Below are positions 38,260 through 51,725 of a stretch of 64,000 nucleotides of DNA, piece by piece. A program made the translations under genes and the position numbers. The notes beneath the pieces were generated by a model. It saw only the letters and a program-made list of their open reading frames with translations. It was not told the origin of the DNA and did no database searches. Position 1 is the stretch's first letter. Each line of letters starts with the position of its first letter. Source of the stretch: Carcharhinus longimanus (Eukaryota); NCBI GenBank assembly GCA_030264375.1, contig JASCQW010000154.1, positions 16,674,218 to 16,738,217 on the forward strand, given 5' to 3'.

Positions 38260-38540
38260 CAAGAAAGCATTCTTTCTGGTTGCATCACAGCTTGATATGG
38301 CTCCTGCTCTGCCCAAGACTGCAAGAAATTACAAAAGGGTGTGAACGAAGCCCAGTCCATCACGCAAACCAGCCTCCCACCCAATGACTCTTTCTACATT
38401 TCCCGCTGCATCGGCAAAGCAGCCAGCATAATTAAGCACCCCACGCACTCCGGACATTCTCTCTTTCACCTTCTTCCGTTGGGAAAAAGATACAAAAGTC
38501 TGAGGTCACATACCAACCGACTCAAGAACAGCTTCTTCNN
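38260..38540 (+). mobile_element. Rex1/Babar LINE fragment
   Basis: ESILSGCITA..SCSAQDCKKLQK..AQSITQTSLP..KAASIIKHPTH..HLLPLGKRYKSLRSHTNRLKNSFF. Confidence 0.87.
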
Positions 38541-38744
38541 NNNNNNNNNNNNNNNNNNNNNNNNNNNNNNNNNNNNNNNNNNNNNNNNNNNNNNNNNNNN
38601 NNNNNNNNNNNNNNNNNNNNNNNNNNNNNNNNNNNNNNTTCTAACATTTTACCTACCACAGACGTTAAACTAACCGGCCTATAATTCCCCGCCTTTTGCC
38701 TGGCACCCTTCTTATTTTGCACCACACAAATACCAAGCACTGAC

Positions 38745-39475
38745 CATCACCAATAAGAGACATTCCAATCACTTCCCCTTAACATTTAATGATATAACCA
38801 TCTCTGAATCCCCCATCGTCAATATCCTTGGGGTTACCATTGAGCAAAATCTCAACTGGACTCACCACATAAACACAGTGGCTATAAAAGCAGGTCAGAG
38901 GTTAGGAATACTGCAGTGAGTAGTTCACCTCCTGACTTCCCAAAGCTTATCCAGCATCCACAAGGCACAAGTCAGGAGTGTAATGGAATACTCCCCACTT
39001 GTCTGGATGGCTGCAGTTCCAACAACACTCGAGAAGCTTGACACCATCCAGGGTGCTTGATTGGCGCCACTCTACAAATATTCAATCACTCTACCACCAA
39101 CGCGCAGTAGCAGCAGTGTGTACTATTTACACGATGCATTGCAGCAATTCACCAAAGATCCCTAGACAGCATCTTCCAAACCCACGACCACTTCCATCTA
39201 GAAGGACAAGAGCAGCAGATACGTGGGAACATCAGCACCTGCAAGTTCCCCTCCAAGCCACTCACCATCCTGATTTGGAAATACATCGCCATTCCTTCAC
39301 AGTTGCTGGGTCAAAATCTTGGAATTCCATGCTCAATAGTATTGTGGGTCAACGCACAGCACATGGACTGCAGCGATTCAAGGCAGCAGCTTGACACCAT
39401 GCTCTCAAAAGCAACTAGGGATGAACAATAAATGCTGGCCAGTTAGCGACGCCCATGTCCCACAAATAATAAAAA
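38745..39475 (+). mobile_element. CR1-group LINE 3' portion with intact tail
   Basis: NILGVTIEQNLNWTHHINTVAIKAGQRLGIL..KAQVRSVMEYSPLVW, with tail aataaatgctggccagttagcgacgcccatgtccc. Confidence 0.87.
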
Positions 39476-41544
39476 AATAGAAAATCAGTGGCAAGCATAT
39501 GCAGCACAGATAAAAGACAATGGGTTCTGTTTTGATGCTTAATTTGAGGACATGGTGATTCATCCAAGACTGGATTATGACTGGTCATACTTTGACTTTG
39601 GGATAATGCAGGTGATGGCTGTGATTATAATTGTGGAAGTGATCCCAAGGTCTGCGGATGAAATCCAGAAGGCAGCATGCATAGGAGAGGGCAAACATAG
39701 ATATTTAGGGGACTCTAAATGCAAAACACGAAAATCCTGACAAAGTCATTTTAAGAGTCCCCAGTATGCTAAGGGTAAATAAAGCAAGGTAATCACAATC
39801 CTGTATTTTTGTTGTTGAACAAAAGCATCAGAAGTCTTTTTCTAAACTTGTTTACAAACTGCTTCATATGCAGATAAGTAAAAAAGAAATTTAATAAAGA
39901 TGACAAAAACTGAAATCAACACATTATTACTAAACTGATGTTAAAAAACAAAATGTGTGGGCGCAGCACCGATGAAATGTCAGGTATAATGTGTCTACTT
40001 CCAGCTAATAGAAACTGAAGAAAGCAAGTTAAATTTATCATAACATCCTGAAGCTTGTTGTTTACTAATGAACCATTATTAATGCTGTTTTCACTCTTTC
40101 AAGTGTTTGAGGAGGCATCCAAGAAACCTCAGATTACCAATTACTGGTGTGTGGTCTCCAAACAGTAGTTTATTTTCCTTTGTAAGGATGGTTTAAGGCA
40201 TGTGGGAACGAGACCAAAATGTCCAGGAGATTCCTGCCTATTGCACAGCATGCTTTTGAAGTTTCAATGGGAATAAGCAAAATGACCCATGACCTCCAAT
40301 AGAGGTAGCACAGTCGAAACCTCACCCCAGCCATCAAACAACAAAGAGCTCCAATATTCCAAAGCCCATCACGNNNNNNNNNNCTTAACCAGTGAGCATG
40401 CAGCATACCGCAATCTGAAATTCCCATTGTGCACAACCAGGGTTGTGGACATTTGAAATGCAGTGAAAGTGATGCACAAGAAAGGAAGAGGTCTTCCTGG
40501 GGTCACTTGCTGTAAATCATCCTTGAATGTGGTATACTTTATCAAGACATTTGCAAGGTCAATATCATCTTTGAGAGAGAGCCCATATAAAATCATCAGA
40601 CTGAGCAAATACAGACATTAAACTTCACAGTTTTTTTTTACAATTACCCTTTTACAAAACTGTAAAAAGAATGGCTTAAAATTGATATAATCCCTTATAT
40701 CTTGACAGGCCGCTGCTTTCATTTTGTAAATAACACTACTAAAGAAACCTTAAGCATAGCAAGTAGACAATTTAAGAATCTTGTAGTTGATGACCGAGAT
40801 CAATCCTTGGCATTAATGAAGATATTAGTCAAGCATTTGATTGATATTTTAATAACTTTGAATGGAATTCACAGCTCAATTCAAGCAAATAAATATGTAA
40901 TCTGATAATACACAAATACACCAAATTTCCTGGTAATCAACTGCAAATTACCATTTGTGACAACGACATCACAACCATTAACTCTGTTGTGTGCAGCAGC
41001 AACAACATGGATTGTATTAACAGCTGGTGCTGGAACTGGCAGCCAATACCCCGAACTACTGAATTAATCTTATTTGCATTGTTTCAATGACAAGTACATC
41101 CATCATTTGCTATCAATGACTTCCACAATTGTTATATCTGCTCAACATTCTCTACAACATGAGAGTTTAAGATGAACCTACATAGCCGACAGCATAGTAC
41201 ACTTAAAGATGACAGTAGCTAGAGAAAATCTACATTTCAGAGATAATATATTCTTATAACTCATACTGCGGGACTCTTGAGTTGTTGGGGGGGTGGGGGG
41301 GGTGGTGGGGTGGGGGGGGGGGGGGGGNNNNNNNNNNNNNNNNNNNNNNNNNNNNNNNNNNNNNNNNNNNNNNNNNNNNNNNNNNNNNNNNNNNNNNNNN
41401 NNNNNNNNNNNNNNNNNNNNNNNNNNNACTGCGGGACTCTTGAGTTGTTGGGGGGGTGGGGGGGGGGGGGGGGGGTGGGGGGGGGGTTTGCATAAATGGC
41501 AAAGTAAGGAAAAATCTATTATGCAGTTAAGTTTATGTTTTAAG

Positions 41545-41820
41545 TTTAAAGTTTATTTATTAATAATCAGGCTTACATTAACATCCCCTAGTCGCTAGAC
41601 TTTGGTGCCTGTCCAGGTATACTGAGGGAGAATTCAGCACAGCCAATGCATCCAACCAGCATGTCTTTCAGACTGTGGAAGGAAACCAGACCACTGGGAG
41701 GAAACCCAAGCAGACATGAGGAGAACGTGCAGACTCCGCACACACACTGACCCCCCAAACAAGAACTGAACCCAGGTCCCTGGCACTGAAGCAGCAGTGC
41801 TAACCACTGTGCTACCCCAT
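41545..41820 (-). mobile_element. HE1-type SINE, B tail
   Basis: Head, core and shortened B tail. Confidence 0.86.
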
Positions 41821-43369
41821 TGGCATTGATAGCAAAAGATGGATGCACTTGTCATTAAAACATAAGCTTAATTCAGCAGTTTTGGGTATTGGGGCTGCCA
41901 GTTTGTCAAAGATGGCACAAGTACAAGACCTAGGAGCAACTTTATTCTCTTATCTTGGTAATGTTTACCTAGTGGTTTACCAAATTACCAGAAAATGAAG
42001 TAAAAGAACGTTCCATCAACCTCACCAATTGTGAGAAAATGTTTAATTTCCAGTTGAGATGTTAGTACTTGGAAAGAAAATCTTTTTTGCACATGCGGCA
42101 ACTAAGGGCATCATCAGATAACTACAGAAGAGCTCCTACCACTATCCCTACTGAGTGGCATCACCACAGCTTCACCCATCACTATGAGCTTCAAGTGAGG
42201 TCAACAATTTAAAAGCAGATCCATGGATCTAAAACCCTCTAGGAACTGAATTCCATTCAGAGTCAAAAATTATGGTTCCAGGTTATTGAAAAAAAACATA
42301 CAACTCTCTACTCTGATTACTTGACAGTTGAATCTTTAACAGTAATTTCACCTGTTTGCCTCCAAGCTTCTACTGTTAGTCAGGTAATGGTTTTAATTAA
42401 AAGGCCTGATAACACTATCAGGAGTTGGAGAGCTGGCTGAATTTAAGAATGCAGGGGAGGACTTCTTTTTTATTTAAAAAGTGCTATTTTTTAATTCCTC
42501 TAAATGCATCTGCAGTTTTCATGTGTTGAAGAACAATAACACCACCAACAATGGTGGGTTGGGCAATGTTAGGAGACATGGGTAAAGACAGATTAAAGCA
42601 TACCTTCAGCATAAAGTGAAATGTGTTCACAGTATATCGAATCATTAGAGATGAAATTTCCAGGCACCCATGAGAGTGAAGCCCTATTAAACGTTATCCC
42701 ACTAGGCAATCAAAAAGGTGACTTTAAAATAGCTGGGAGCACCAAATCAGAGGTTTACTTCAATAAAGATATTGCTCTAAGTATTTAATCACGCAACATA
42801 AAAAGTACATTATTGTGCAGATACACCTACACAAGTGTCCGTATGTCAATCTGCCACCCATGCAATTCTGCTTTAATTCAATGCTCCATTTTTAAACAAT
42901 TATGGATTCTGATGTTAAACCAAGATCCCATCTATATGTTCAAGTGGGGCAGTAGACCATGCCACAATACAAACAGAAGTAGAGATTTCTCTGCAACATG
43001 CAACACTGCCTTTAACGAGCATATTGAATGTAATTGCTTGTTGTGTGACTTTTTTTGTCTGCAAACCAGCTGTCACAATTGCCGATGCAAGAACAATGCT
43101 TCAACAATAATTTGCCAATTGTGTAGCACCACAGATGCACTGAAGGTGTGGCAAATGATTGTCAAATAGTTTTCTCTTTTCTGCTTCCATTAGTCCCACC
43201 GTTAGTATGCTCATAAACACTATGGATGGATTGAATGGCTTGCTTTTGAGCTGCCCATTCTATGTCAATAACAAAAATGACAAAACTTAAATGACAGGGA
43301 TATTAATGAATGATGCAGACTCTTTTATGGTATTCAAGAAGTTTACCTGTGACATAAGGGCTGCACAGG

Positions 43370-43650
43370 TGGCAGGCACAGTGGTTAGCACTGCTGCCTC
43401 ACAGAGCCAGGGACCCAGGTTCAATTTTGGCCTCAGGTCACTGTCTGGATGGAGCTTGCACTTTCTCCCTGTGTCTGCGTGGGGGTTTCCTCCTGCAGTC
43501 CAAAGATGTGTGGGTTGGATTGACCCTAGTGTTAGGGGGGGACTAACTAGGGTAAATGTGTGGCGTTATGGGAATAGGGCCTGGGTGGGATGTGGTTGGT
43601 ACAGATTTGATGGGCTGAATGTCTTCCTTCTGTACTGTATGGATTCTATT
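43370..43650 (+). mobile_element. HE1-type SINE, CR1-type tail
   Basis: Head, core and tail present. Confidence 0.86.
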
Positions 43651-45079
43651 CCATATGGTTGATTGGAAAAGTCTTACACGTACCAAGACAACTTTAGTTA
43701 CAGATTTCCGGTTAGAGTGGATGTTATGGTTGTGCAGTACGGAGAAGAGAATAAAAGGGCAGGCGTCACTGCAGAACTTGTGCTTTTTGAAGAAAGCGCA
43801 GCGATGACAGCAAGTCTTCTGATTTGACTGCAGTGGGAAATTTGTTTCACCCATTTTACTCAGGAAGTACCCGGTAAAGTAAACTATAGGTTGCATGAGC
43901 ATTTTTTTGTTTGGGTCAGCTGTACATTCGTGAGTTGATTTTGTACTGATATTCCAGACTGCTTAAGGGTAATCGCAGTTACCATGGTTACAGTTGGCAC
44001 TTAGTGAAGATGAGACCAGATGCACAGCTGTTTTGATTTATTTTTAAAATGCTGGTGGCTTGCAGGAAAGTAGTTTTGGTGATGTGGATGAAATTCTGTG
44101 TTCAAGGACAAGTGATAAGATGCTCTTCTGGGCTACAATTCTACAACCAAGAAAAAGGGTGTCTTATGTTTTGCTTTTGCTCCGAGTATTTGTGTTCCCA
44201 TCATCTCCCCCCTCCCCAATGTTTCCACAGTAGACACCTTGCTCAGGTCAAATAGGTGCTCAGGCAACCTGTTTCCATAAGTAAGCCAAAGAGGCGCTAT
44301 AAGCAGCTGCTTACANNNNNNNNNNACAAAGGATAAACTCTCCCTTCAGTTTTCCTCCTCTCATGAGAAACAGCCCAACCCTGCAGCATCGAGCGTATTT
44401 AAGTAACAAAACCCACTAAGTGGACATTGCAGGCACTAAATGGTGTCCTCATACTCTGCATCATTATGCGGTAGAGTTGCAGTGTGCTGCCCAAGTACAA
44501 CAGTTTCTTAGTCCCTCCTCTCCTGATTTCACCTCCAGAGTGGATACGGGCAAAGGAAGAGGTGACTCCAGCTGTTCAACACAAGTCTAACGACTTGAAT
44601 AATGATCACTTGGAAAGAGAGATAGTGTGGAAAACAAACTGGCACTTGTGGTACTATAACTCAACAACCAGCAAATAACAAAAAGAAATTGGGGAGAAGA
44701 AACTTTGCAATTTAAATTAGTGGCATTAGTTAAAACTGTCACAAACAAGGCTTAAATTAACGATGACAGTTGCATAGTTTGTATTTCTTCAAATTAAGGT
44801 TGAGTGGTGATTTAGTCAGGGGTATTTAAAACGATAAAGGAATTCAATGCCGTAGATACAGAGAGACTATTCCCTCTAGTGGGGGAAACCTAGAACTGAG
44901 TTAGAATGCTGAAATCAGAGCTTGAAAGTCGATTGAAATTTTAATGACTGAATTTGATTAATTGTTCTTAGGTTAGAGTATCAAGATATGGTGTGTAAAA
45001 GCTGCTAAATTAATGTGAAGTACAGATCACCCATTTTCTAATTGAATGATTTGCATCTGATATGACATAACTGTTATAC

Positions 45080-45400
45080 CATAGAAACCCTACAGAAAGA
45101 GGTCATTTACCCCATCGAGTCTGCACCAACAACAATCCCACCCAGGTCTTATCCCTGTATCCCTACATATTTACCTGCTAACCTACGCATCCCAGGACAC
45201 TAAGGGGCAATTTAGCTTGGCCAACCAACCTAACCCGCACATCTTTGGACTGTGGAAGGAAACCGGAGTACCCAGAGGAAACCCACAAAGACACGAATGT
45301 GCAGACTCCACATAGACAGTGAACCAAGCCGGGAATCAAACCCAGGACCCTGGTGCTGTGAAGCTCCGTGAAGTGCTAACCACTATACTACTGTGCTGTG
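45080..45400 (-). mobile_element. HE1-type SINE, CR1-type tail
   Basis: Head, core and tail on the minus strand. Confidence 0.88.
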
Positions 45401-45549
45401 CACGAGCGCAAACCATTTATACCTTTATGAAAAGTACCAAATATTTGTAAAACATGCTACAAGACAAAAATTTTTCACAAAATCCTCATGACATACATAA
45501 ACAGTTGTACATTGAATAGGTATATCACTTAATTAAGCTACATGGATTT

Positions 45550-45905
45550 TTTTTAATTCATTGGACATGGGTGTCACTGGCTGGCCAATGTTTATTGCCC
45601 ATCCCTAGTTGCACTTGTTCAGAAGGCAATTGAGAGTCAACCACATTGCTGTGGCTCTGGAGTCAAATGTAGGCCAGAGAAGATGAGGACAGTAAATTTC
45701 CTTCCCTAAAGTACATCAGTGAACCAGATGGGTTTTTACAACAATTAACAATGGTTTCATGGTCAATGGTAGATTCTTAATCCCAGATTTTTTTTACTGA
45801 ATATAAATTCCACTATCTGCTATGGTGGGATTCAAATCTGGGTCCCCAGAATATCAGCTGAGTTTCTGGATTGACAGTCTAGCAATAATACCACTTGTCC
45901 TCCCC
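45550..45905 (-). mobile_element. SINE family 2
   Basis: Reverse complement of 528-880. Confidence 0.85.
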
Positions 45906-46254
45906 CCTTCCACAATGCTATTGTCGTGGAACCAGAAAATAAATCCAATGGCCGACCACATCAGCAAGCTCAAACACCAATGCTAGCTCTCTACGTTGTC
46001 CACAAGCCATTATGAAAGATTCTCTATTTATATGTAAGATACACAACTACAAAAAGCAGTATATTGTGCCAGTAGTATAGGCCTATGTTCTAAACAGGCA
46101 ATAACTGCATCAAAAAAGTTTTATGGAATCATTCCATTATTGAATGGATAATTCATACTGCACTTTTCAAATGTACATTTATAAACTTGAAGCCATGAAT
46201 TCATTAGGCCCTGGTTTAGTATTGCCATGGACGAAGCATTGATTTCATAAGCTC

Positions 46255-46710
46255 ATAAGATATAGGAGCAGAATTAGGCCATGAGGCCTATCGAATCTGC
46301 TCCATCATTCTTTCATGGCTGATATGCTCCTCATCCCCATTTTTCTGCCTTCTACTTGTAACTCTTCAACCCATTACCAATTAAAAATCTAACTCATCCT
46401 TAAATTTACTCACTGTCCCAGAATCCACATACTTTGGGGTAGCGAATTTCACAGATTCACAACCCTCTGGGAGAAGTAGTTTCTCCTCAACTCTGTTTTA
46501 AATTTGCTACCCCTTATCCTAAGACTATGACCTCTTGTCCTAGAATGCCCACAAGAAGAAGCATCTGCTCCACATCTACTTCCTCCATACTTTTTGTCAC
46601 CTCAATTTGACTTCCCCTTCAGTCTTCTAAATTCCAGAAAGTATAGACCTAAACTGTTCAATCTCTTTTCCTACAACAAACCCTTCATCTCTGGAATCAA
46701 TCTAGTGATT
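46255..46710 (-). mobile_element. CR1 LINE 3' fragment
   Basis: cataagatataggagcagaattaggcc tail and ...acaaccctctgggagaagtag (reverse of YFSQRVVNL). Confidence 0.85.
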
Positions 46711-46895
46711 TAATGTTAATTTAGCATAAAACCGACATAAATTTACATTATGTAGTAACTGGCATGGATTTAATGCATTTTCTTACCAGAAGGCCAGAGT
46801 AACCTACCAAAATTTGCATGGATTTGAAAATCAACATTAATAGTTTGTCTGAATTACTCACACAGCAGTTTGACAGGTAACTGAGAAGTTCTTAC

Positions 46896-46953
46896 CTCTA
46901 CTCATTCCTGTAAAAGAACCAAAGCAGCAAATCTCATATTGGCTTAAGAGCAG
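46896..46953 (-). CDS. BRCA1: BRCA1 exon 21 equivalent (BRCT2)
   Basis: 58 nt (human 55). LLLSQYEICCFGSFTGMSR versus human IFRGLEICCYGPFTNMPT. Acceptor tttcag, donor gtaaga. Confidence 0.95.
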
Positions 46954-47768
46954 CTGAAAAACAATGTTTAAAAAAAAAATTAACAAAAGCATTTGTGGTA
47001 ATTTATCAAGAATAGATGATTGCTTCAATATTAAATGTAAACAACATTGCTTTTAATATAAAAGACCAATACAGCAAATGCTGGACATCTGAAATAAAAC
47101 AGAAAATACCGAATGAACTCAGTAGGTCTGGCACCATCTGTGGAGAGACAAACAAGAGTTAACATTGAGTTCTTGTGACCCTTCTACAGAAGCAGGACCT
47201 GCTGAGTTTATCCAACATTTATCACTTTTATTGTTGTTTTCATTGTATTTCCACAGTACCCCTAACTTTGAAACATGTCCAAAGCTTTGGGCAAAAAAAA
47301 AAGGGTTACGATTATAATTTTTGTAAAATTAAAGAGGTGAGAGATGTGAATAGAGAAAAGAGTTCAAGAAGGGAGTTCCAGACAATGGAGCTGAGGCACT
47401 CAAAGGTTCTACCAATGGCTAAAAAGGCTTTGAGCTAAAGCTTGCTACTGGTTAAAACCACTAAAAATCACTTGCGGGCTTTTAAGTTGGTAGCCAACCT
47501 ACAACTCTCCACATTTACATTTCACAGCAAGTATATTAACATATTAACAGTATATTCTACTTCAGATGGCAATTGGCTGCAAAATAATTTTATTAAAAGA
47601 AATTGAAGCTATCAATTAACAAAAAGCCAGCAGAGACAGTTCAGTTTCAGCACTCCCACAATTTTTAATATATTGAATAGCAAATAACTTGCACAAGTTG
47701 TGAAAATAAATCATACCAATGGGGAGGGAGGGACAAGGGAAAAGAGCAGCTGCTATTTTAACTCTTAC

Positions 47769-47852
47769 TTTTCCATCCGTTGTTTTTCTTGCTTTTCTTG
47801 GGCCATNNNNNNNNNNNNCATTGATTACATCACCCCTCACCTCAAACATGTC
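47769..47852 (-). CDS. BRCA1: BRCA1 exon 20 equivalent (BRCT linker; contains a 12-N gap)
   Basis: 84 nt including the Ns, as in human. DMFEVRGDVING...GPRKARKTTDGK versus human [28 protein letters not shown]. Donor gtaaga. Confidence 0.96.
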
Positions 47853-48614
47853 CTGAAATATTTCAGAACAAAAATACATTATTGTAATAGCTTATAAAAA
47901 AAGCAGATATTTGACAATACCAAAATGTCTCAAGATATACAATGCCACACAATGTTTTGAAAGGTCTTACATGTTGTAATTCGCAGAATGTACAAGAGTA
48001 ACAAAAATATTAAATTCTAAAATTAATTTCTCAGGTTGCTTAGTAGATTAGAAAACCACCTTCCCTACTCTGGAGCTTGGATTAAGATATTACTTTTCTT
48101 TCTCCTTGGTAAGGAGCTCATGTGAAAGACAGTTCAGAAATATAGAACAGAATTGTAGAGGGAGCTAATCTAGTCTACAGGTACAAAGTTTGAGATACTT
48201 TTTTTATTTCATATTAATGGGGCGTAAGATCTACCCATCCAATCCAAATAGCGTTCTTAAGTCTTCTGAAGCAGACAGAGCCTGATACAACCTTTACCTC
48301 TGTTAACTATAATAATTTTAAATCAATTGGACCACTGAACTGATTACGTGCAAGAGTAGAATTTAATGCAGGCAACAGGGATCACCCTGCTGGCTGGAGA
48401 GCCAATGAGAGCCACATGTCGCTTTGTTTTGATCGTCCCTTTAAGGGCAACACAGCAGAGCAAGGGTCACTAGGCCTCAGTGACCTATCTGGATTCAAGA
48501 GTGGAGAATCATCCCAGGGGTAGGAACTCTTCTTGGGCACAGGGACTTTAAAATTAGCTGCAAACATGCTGTTCTTAAAGACAACTGTAAATAAATCCCT
48601 TTTTGTTCACTCAT

Positions 48615-48722
48615 GGGGCGGAATTTTCTCATCCCGCCTGCTATGGGAATCACAGCGGGCAGGACACAGACCATGCAACGGTCCGTTGACCTTGGGGCAA
48701 GCACAGCTGGAAAATCCCACCC
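48615..48722. mobile_element. Short MITE-like element
   Basis: ggggcggaattttc...gaaaatcccaccc; homologous to 7245-7360. Confidence 0.55.
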
Positions 48723-50047
48723 ACAAATTCTCAGAAAGTGCACCATTACATACTTTCACCCAGGAAGGCCTGTCACTCTGAATGAAAATAGGGCCTTTAA
48801 TTTGGCAGCAGCATTTCTTTCCCAGGATTCAGGGCTTGCCCGCCAAGAGCTGCTGGCCAAAGGCTGGAGCCCTTCATTGCTTGGCAGTGCTACGAGGGGA
48901 GCAGTGGCTTTTGCCAGTAATACATCCATTTGAGCTTCCTCTCAATAAGTGCCCCCCGCCAAACTCACCAAGGAAGAGGATATAAACCTGTACCCACAGT
49001 TATTTTTATTGGTGATGGGAGAAGAATTAAGTATGAATCCACTTCAGTTTTCTTTTCCTCCTAATACAAGCATTTTGCAACATGGATATTTTGTACCCTC
49101 AATTTGGATAAAACACTTGATTAATAAATAAAATGAATAAACGAGCACTTTATGATTATCAAACTCTATATGAATTTGGGTCAATACATGGGCAATTCAT
49201 CCAAACTCATCTATAAACTGTGTATTAGTTGCTTGGAATCAGAAGGGGCTGTGGCACAATAATGTTGTTAGGTATCAACATCGCACTGTCAATGATATCC
49301 CACTGCACATGATTCAGCTGGTGCAATGCAGATGTCATTGCAGCCAGTAGGTCTGGGATGTTAAAAGATAGCACTTAAAATCGATGACAAGACAATGCAG
49401 GGGCCAATATTCTTTATTTTATGAAGTGTAACGTTAAAGCTTTACTGAGTACAATTTTCAGATACGCAAATCAAATTGAACTATTTGTAATCCAAATATA
49501 ATTGGACTATCAAAACACAGACTTGACAGAACTGCAAAGTCGGTGGCATATTTGGACTTCTATATCTCAAACCAATAACTTTAAAATTGGTTATACATGT
49601 AATCTTCAAAAACAAGTTACGCTATGTCCATGTTGCACTGTACAAAGCTCATGGTAACACAAATAAAAGTGACAAGGTGGGCAGAGTTACACAGCTATAG
49701 TTTGTTACAGGGGCATGATGTGAAACCAATCCAATGTTATTAAAAACACAAGTGGCTAAAAGCATTAAATAAAACTGAGCCCTCAAAATACATTTAGGTC
49801 AAAGTTCTGAATTTAGTTAAGAAAATAAATAGCCAAGGGTCAAAATTAATATTCATATCAGGGAGTTAGGAAAGGTTTAATGTAATGCATCAGGGATGAC
49901 ACAAGGCAGAAGACAGCAATGTCATCTATCTCAGCAACAATGGAGAGGTTTTAGTGCACTAATTTCTGCATGACTAAAACCATAAAATACTATTCATGTC
50001 AAAATGAAAACCAATGTTCTCTGTAGAGAAAAAAAAAGTAACCTTAA

Positions 50048-50088
50048 CTCATCAATTACTATGCATTTTCTAAAACACTCGACAATCC
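50048..50088 (-). CDS. BRCA1: BRCA1 exon 19 equivalent (donor reads TT instead of GT)
   Basis: Acceptor ttttcag, 41 nt as in human. WIVECFRKCIVIDE versus human WVTQSIKERKMLNE. The phase 1 to 0 junction is required by the neighbouring exons, but the following bases are TTAAGG. Confidence 0.9.
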
Positions 50089-50224
50089 CTGAAAATAAAT
50101 CACTGCAGTCATTTCGCAAGCACAATACAATCTTAAAGGTTTTGGCTATATTAAGTACTTAATGATACTAGTTTTCAATCCAAAAGGCAATCATTGTTTT
50201 ACACTGCTGGATCTCTAGGTGTTA

Positions 50225-50680
50225 GCTTTTGTTCAGCGGTAGAAATGTCACTGATTCAGAATGTCACAGCTTCATGCTCCACTTCAGAGTTGAGCCAATA
50301 ACCTAAGCTGACCCTCTAACACAGTACTGAAGGAATGCTGCACTATCACAGGGGCAGCCTTTCAGATAAGGTGTTAAAGTGAGGCCTTATGCACCTTCTC
50401 AGGTCAACATAAAAGATTCCATGGCACAATTTGAAGAGCACGAGCGTTCTCCAAGTGCACTGGCCAATAATCCATCCGTCAACTAACATCGACAGAAACA
50501 GGTTAGCTGTTCATTTGTCTCATTGTTGTTTCCAGGACTCTGCTGTGCAAGCTGGCAACCACTTTTGCCTATATTACAAAAATGACGACTCCTCCAAAGT
50601 ACTCAGCTAGTGAAATGAAGCACTCTGGGTCATGCTGCTGATGTGTGGGTGCTATGTAAAAATATGCAAGTTCTTTCTCT
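50225..50680 (+). mobile_element. Deu-domain SINE (SacSINE1/AmnSINE1-like), near full length
   Basis: cagtactgaaggaatgctgcact...tttcagataaggtgttaaa...aaaagattccatggcacaatttgaagagca...gctatgtaaaaatatgcaagttctttc. Confidence 0.78.
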
Positions 50681-50769
50681 TTCACGTGCACTTCAGTTTA
50701 GGAATTTTTTGATTCTCTAATTAATCAACAATCACCAGTTTCTTATCAATTTTAGGCAGACACAAATAG

Positions 50770-51030
50770 TTTTAAAGTTACTTTTTATTAGTGCCACAAG
50801 TAGGCTTACATTAACAATGCAATTAAGTTACTGTGAAAATCCCCCAGAGTCACAGGTTTACAGCATGAAAACAGGCCCTTTGGCTCAACTTGTCCATGCC
50901 ACCCCTTTTTTAACCACTAAGCTAGTCCCAATTGCCCACGTTTGGTCCATATCCCTCTATATCCATCTTACCCATTTAACTGTCTAAAAGCTTTTTAATA
51001 GTCACCACACTCTGGCGTCTGTTCGGGCAG
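50770..51030 (-). mobile_element. HE1 B-tail fragment interrupted by a CR1 3' end (50848-50997)
   Basis: ...gtgaaaatcccc | CR1 tail | gtcaccacactctggcgtctgttcggg; lies ~50 bp from the exon 18 donor. Confidence 0.8.
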
Positions 51031-51041
51031 CTATTACATTA

Positions 51042-51188
<147 letters not shown>

Positions 51189-51584
51189 TTAACATACCAG
51201 GTTGGCTTTGGCAATGATTTTTATTAAAGCATTTTTCCAAGACATACATAGCTGGATCACTGATTTCCCTTATCTACTATATCAATCTTCATCAGTAAGC
51301 TCACAAGTTGCACTATGCTTGAATTCTGAGAGATACCTTGTATTTTCATTTAAAAAACTAATCATGTTCAAATGGCACAACAGCACCATCTCATATTAAT
51401 AATTCACAACATGTCAAGCTAAGTTGTTTTTTAATCCCATGTCAAATAAGCGGTTTGTTTTTTTTACTGGGATCAGAGATGAATGGCAACCAAGCAAATA
51501 TTAGACATTCAATTTTAGTACAATTGTAACCAAAATAGTGAGAAATTTGAGGCAAGCATTTTAATACATCAACAGGATGCCTAG

Positions 51585-51725
51585 GATGGCACAGTGGTTA
51601 GCGCTGCTGCCTCACAGTGCCTGGGACCTGAGTTAAATTCCAGCCTTGGGTCACTGTCTGTGTGGAGTGTGCATGTTCTCCCCATGTCTGCGTGGGTTTC
51701 TTCCAGGTGCTCCAGTTTCCTCCCA
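51585..51725 (+). mobile_element. HE1-type SINE 5' part
   Basis: Head and core only. Confidence 0.85.

Noticed and set aside
40190-40610. Possible L1/Tx1 3' relic (WERD..HDLQ*R)
   Set aside because: Too degenerate to call without a search.
41265-41490. Duplicated G-rich unit and poly-Gly/poly-Pro ORFs
   Set aside because: The same actgcgggactcttgagttgttggg sequence flanks both sides of a 100-N gap, which indicates overlapping contig ends at a G-run.
43100-43170. ASVV/CGA-like match as exon 22
   Set aside because: The true exon 22 is at 33844-33917 with the correct size and splice sites.
48298-48338. Alternative exon 19 with a canonical GAG|GTAAAG donor
   Set aside because: No acceptor at the required distance and no similarity to the BRCT W-motif helix.
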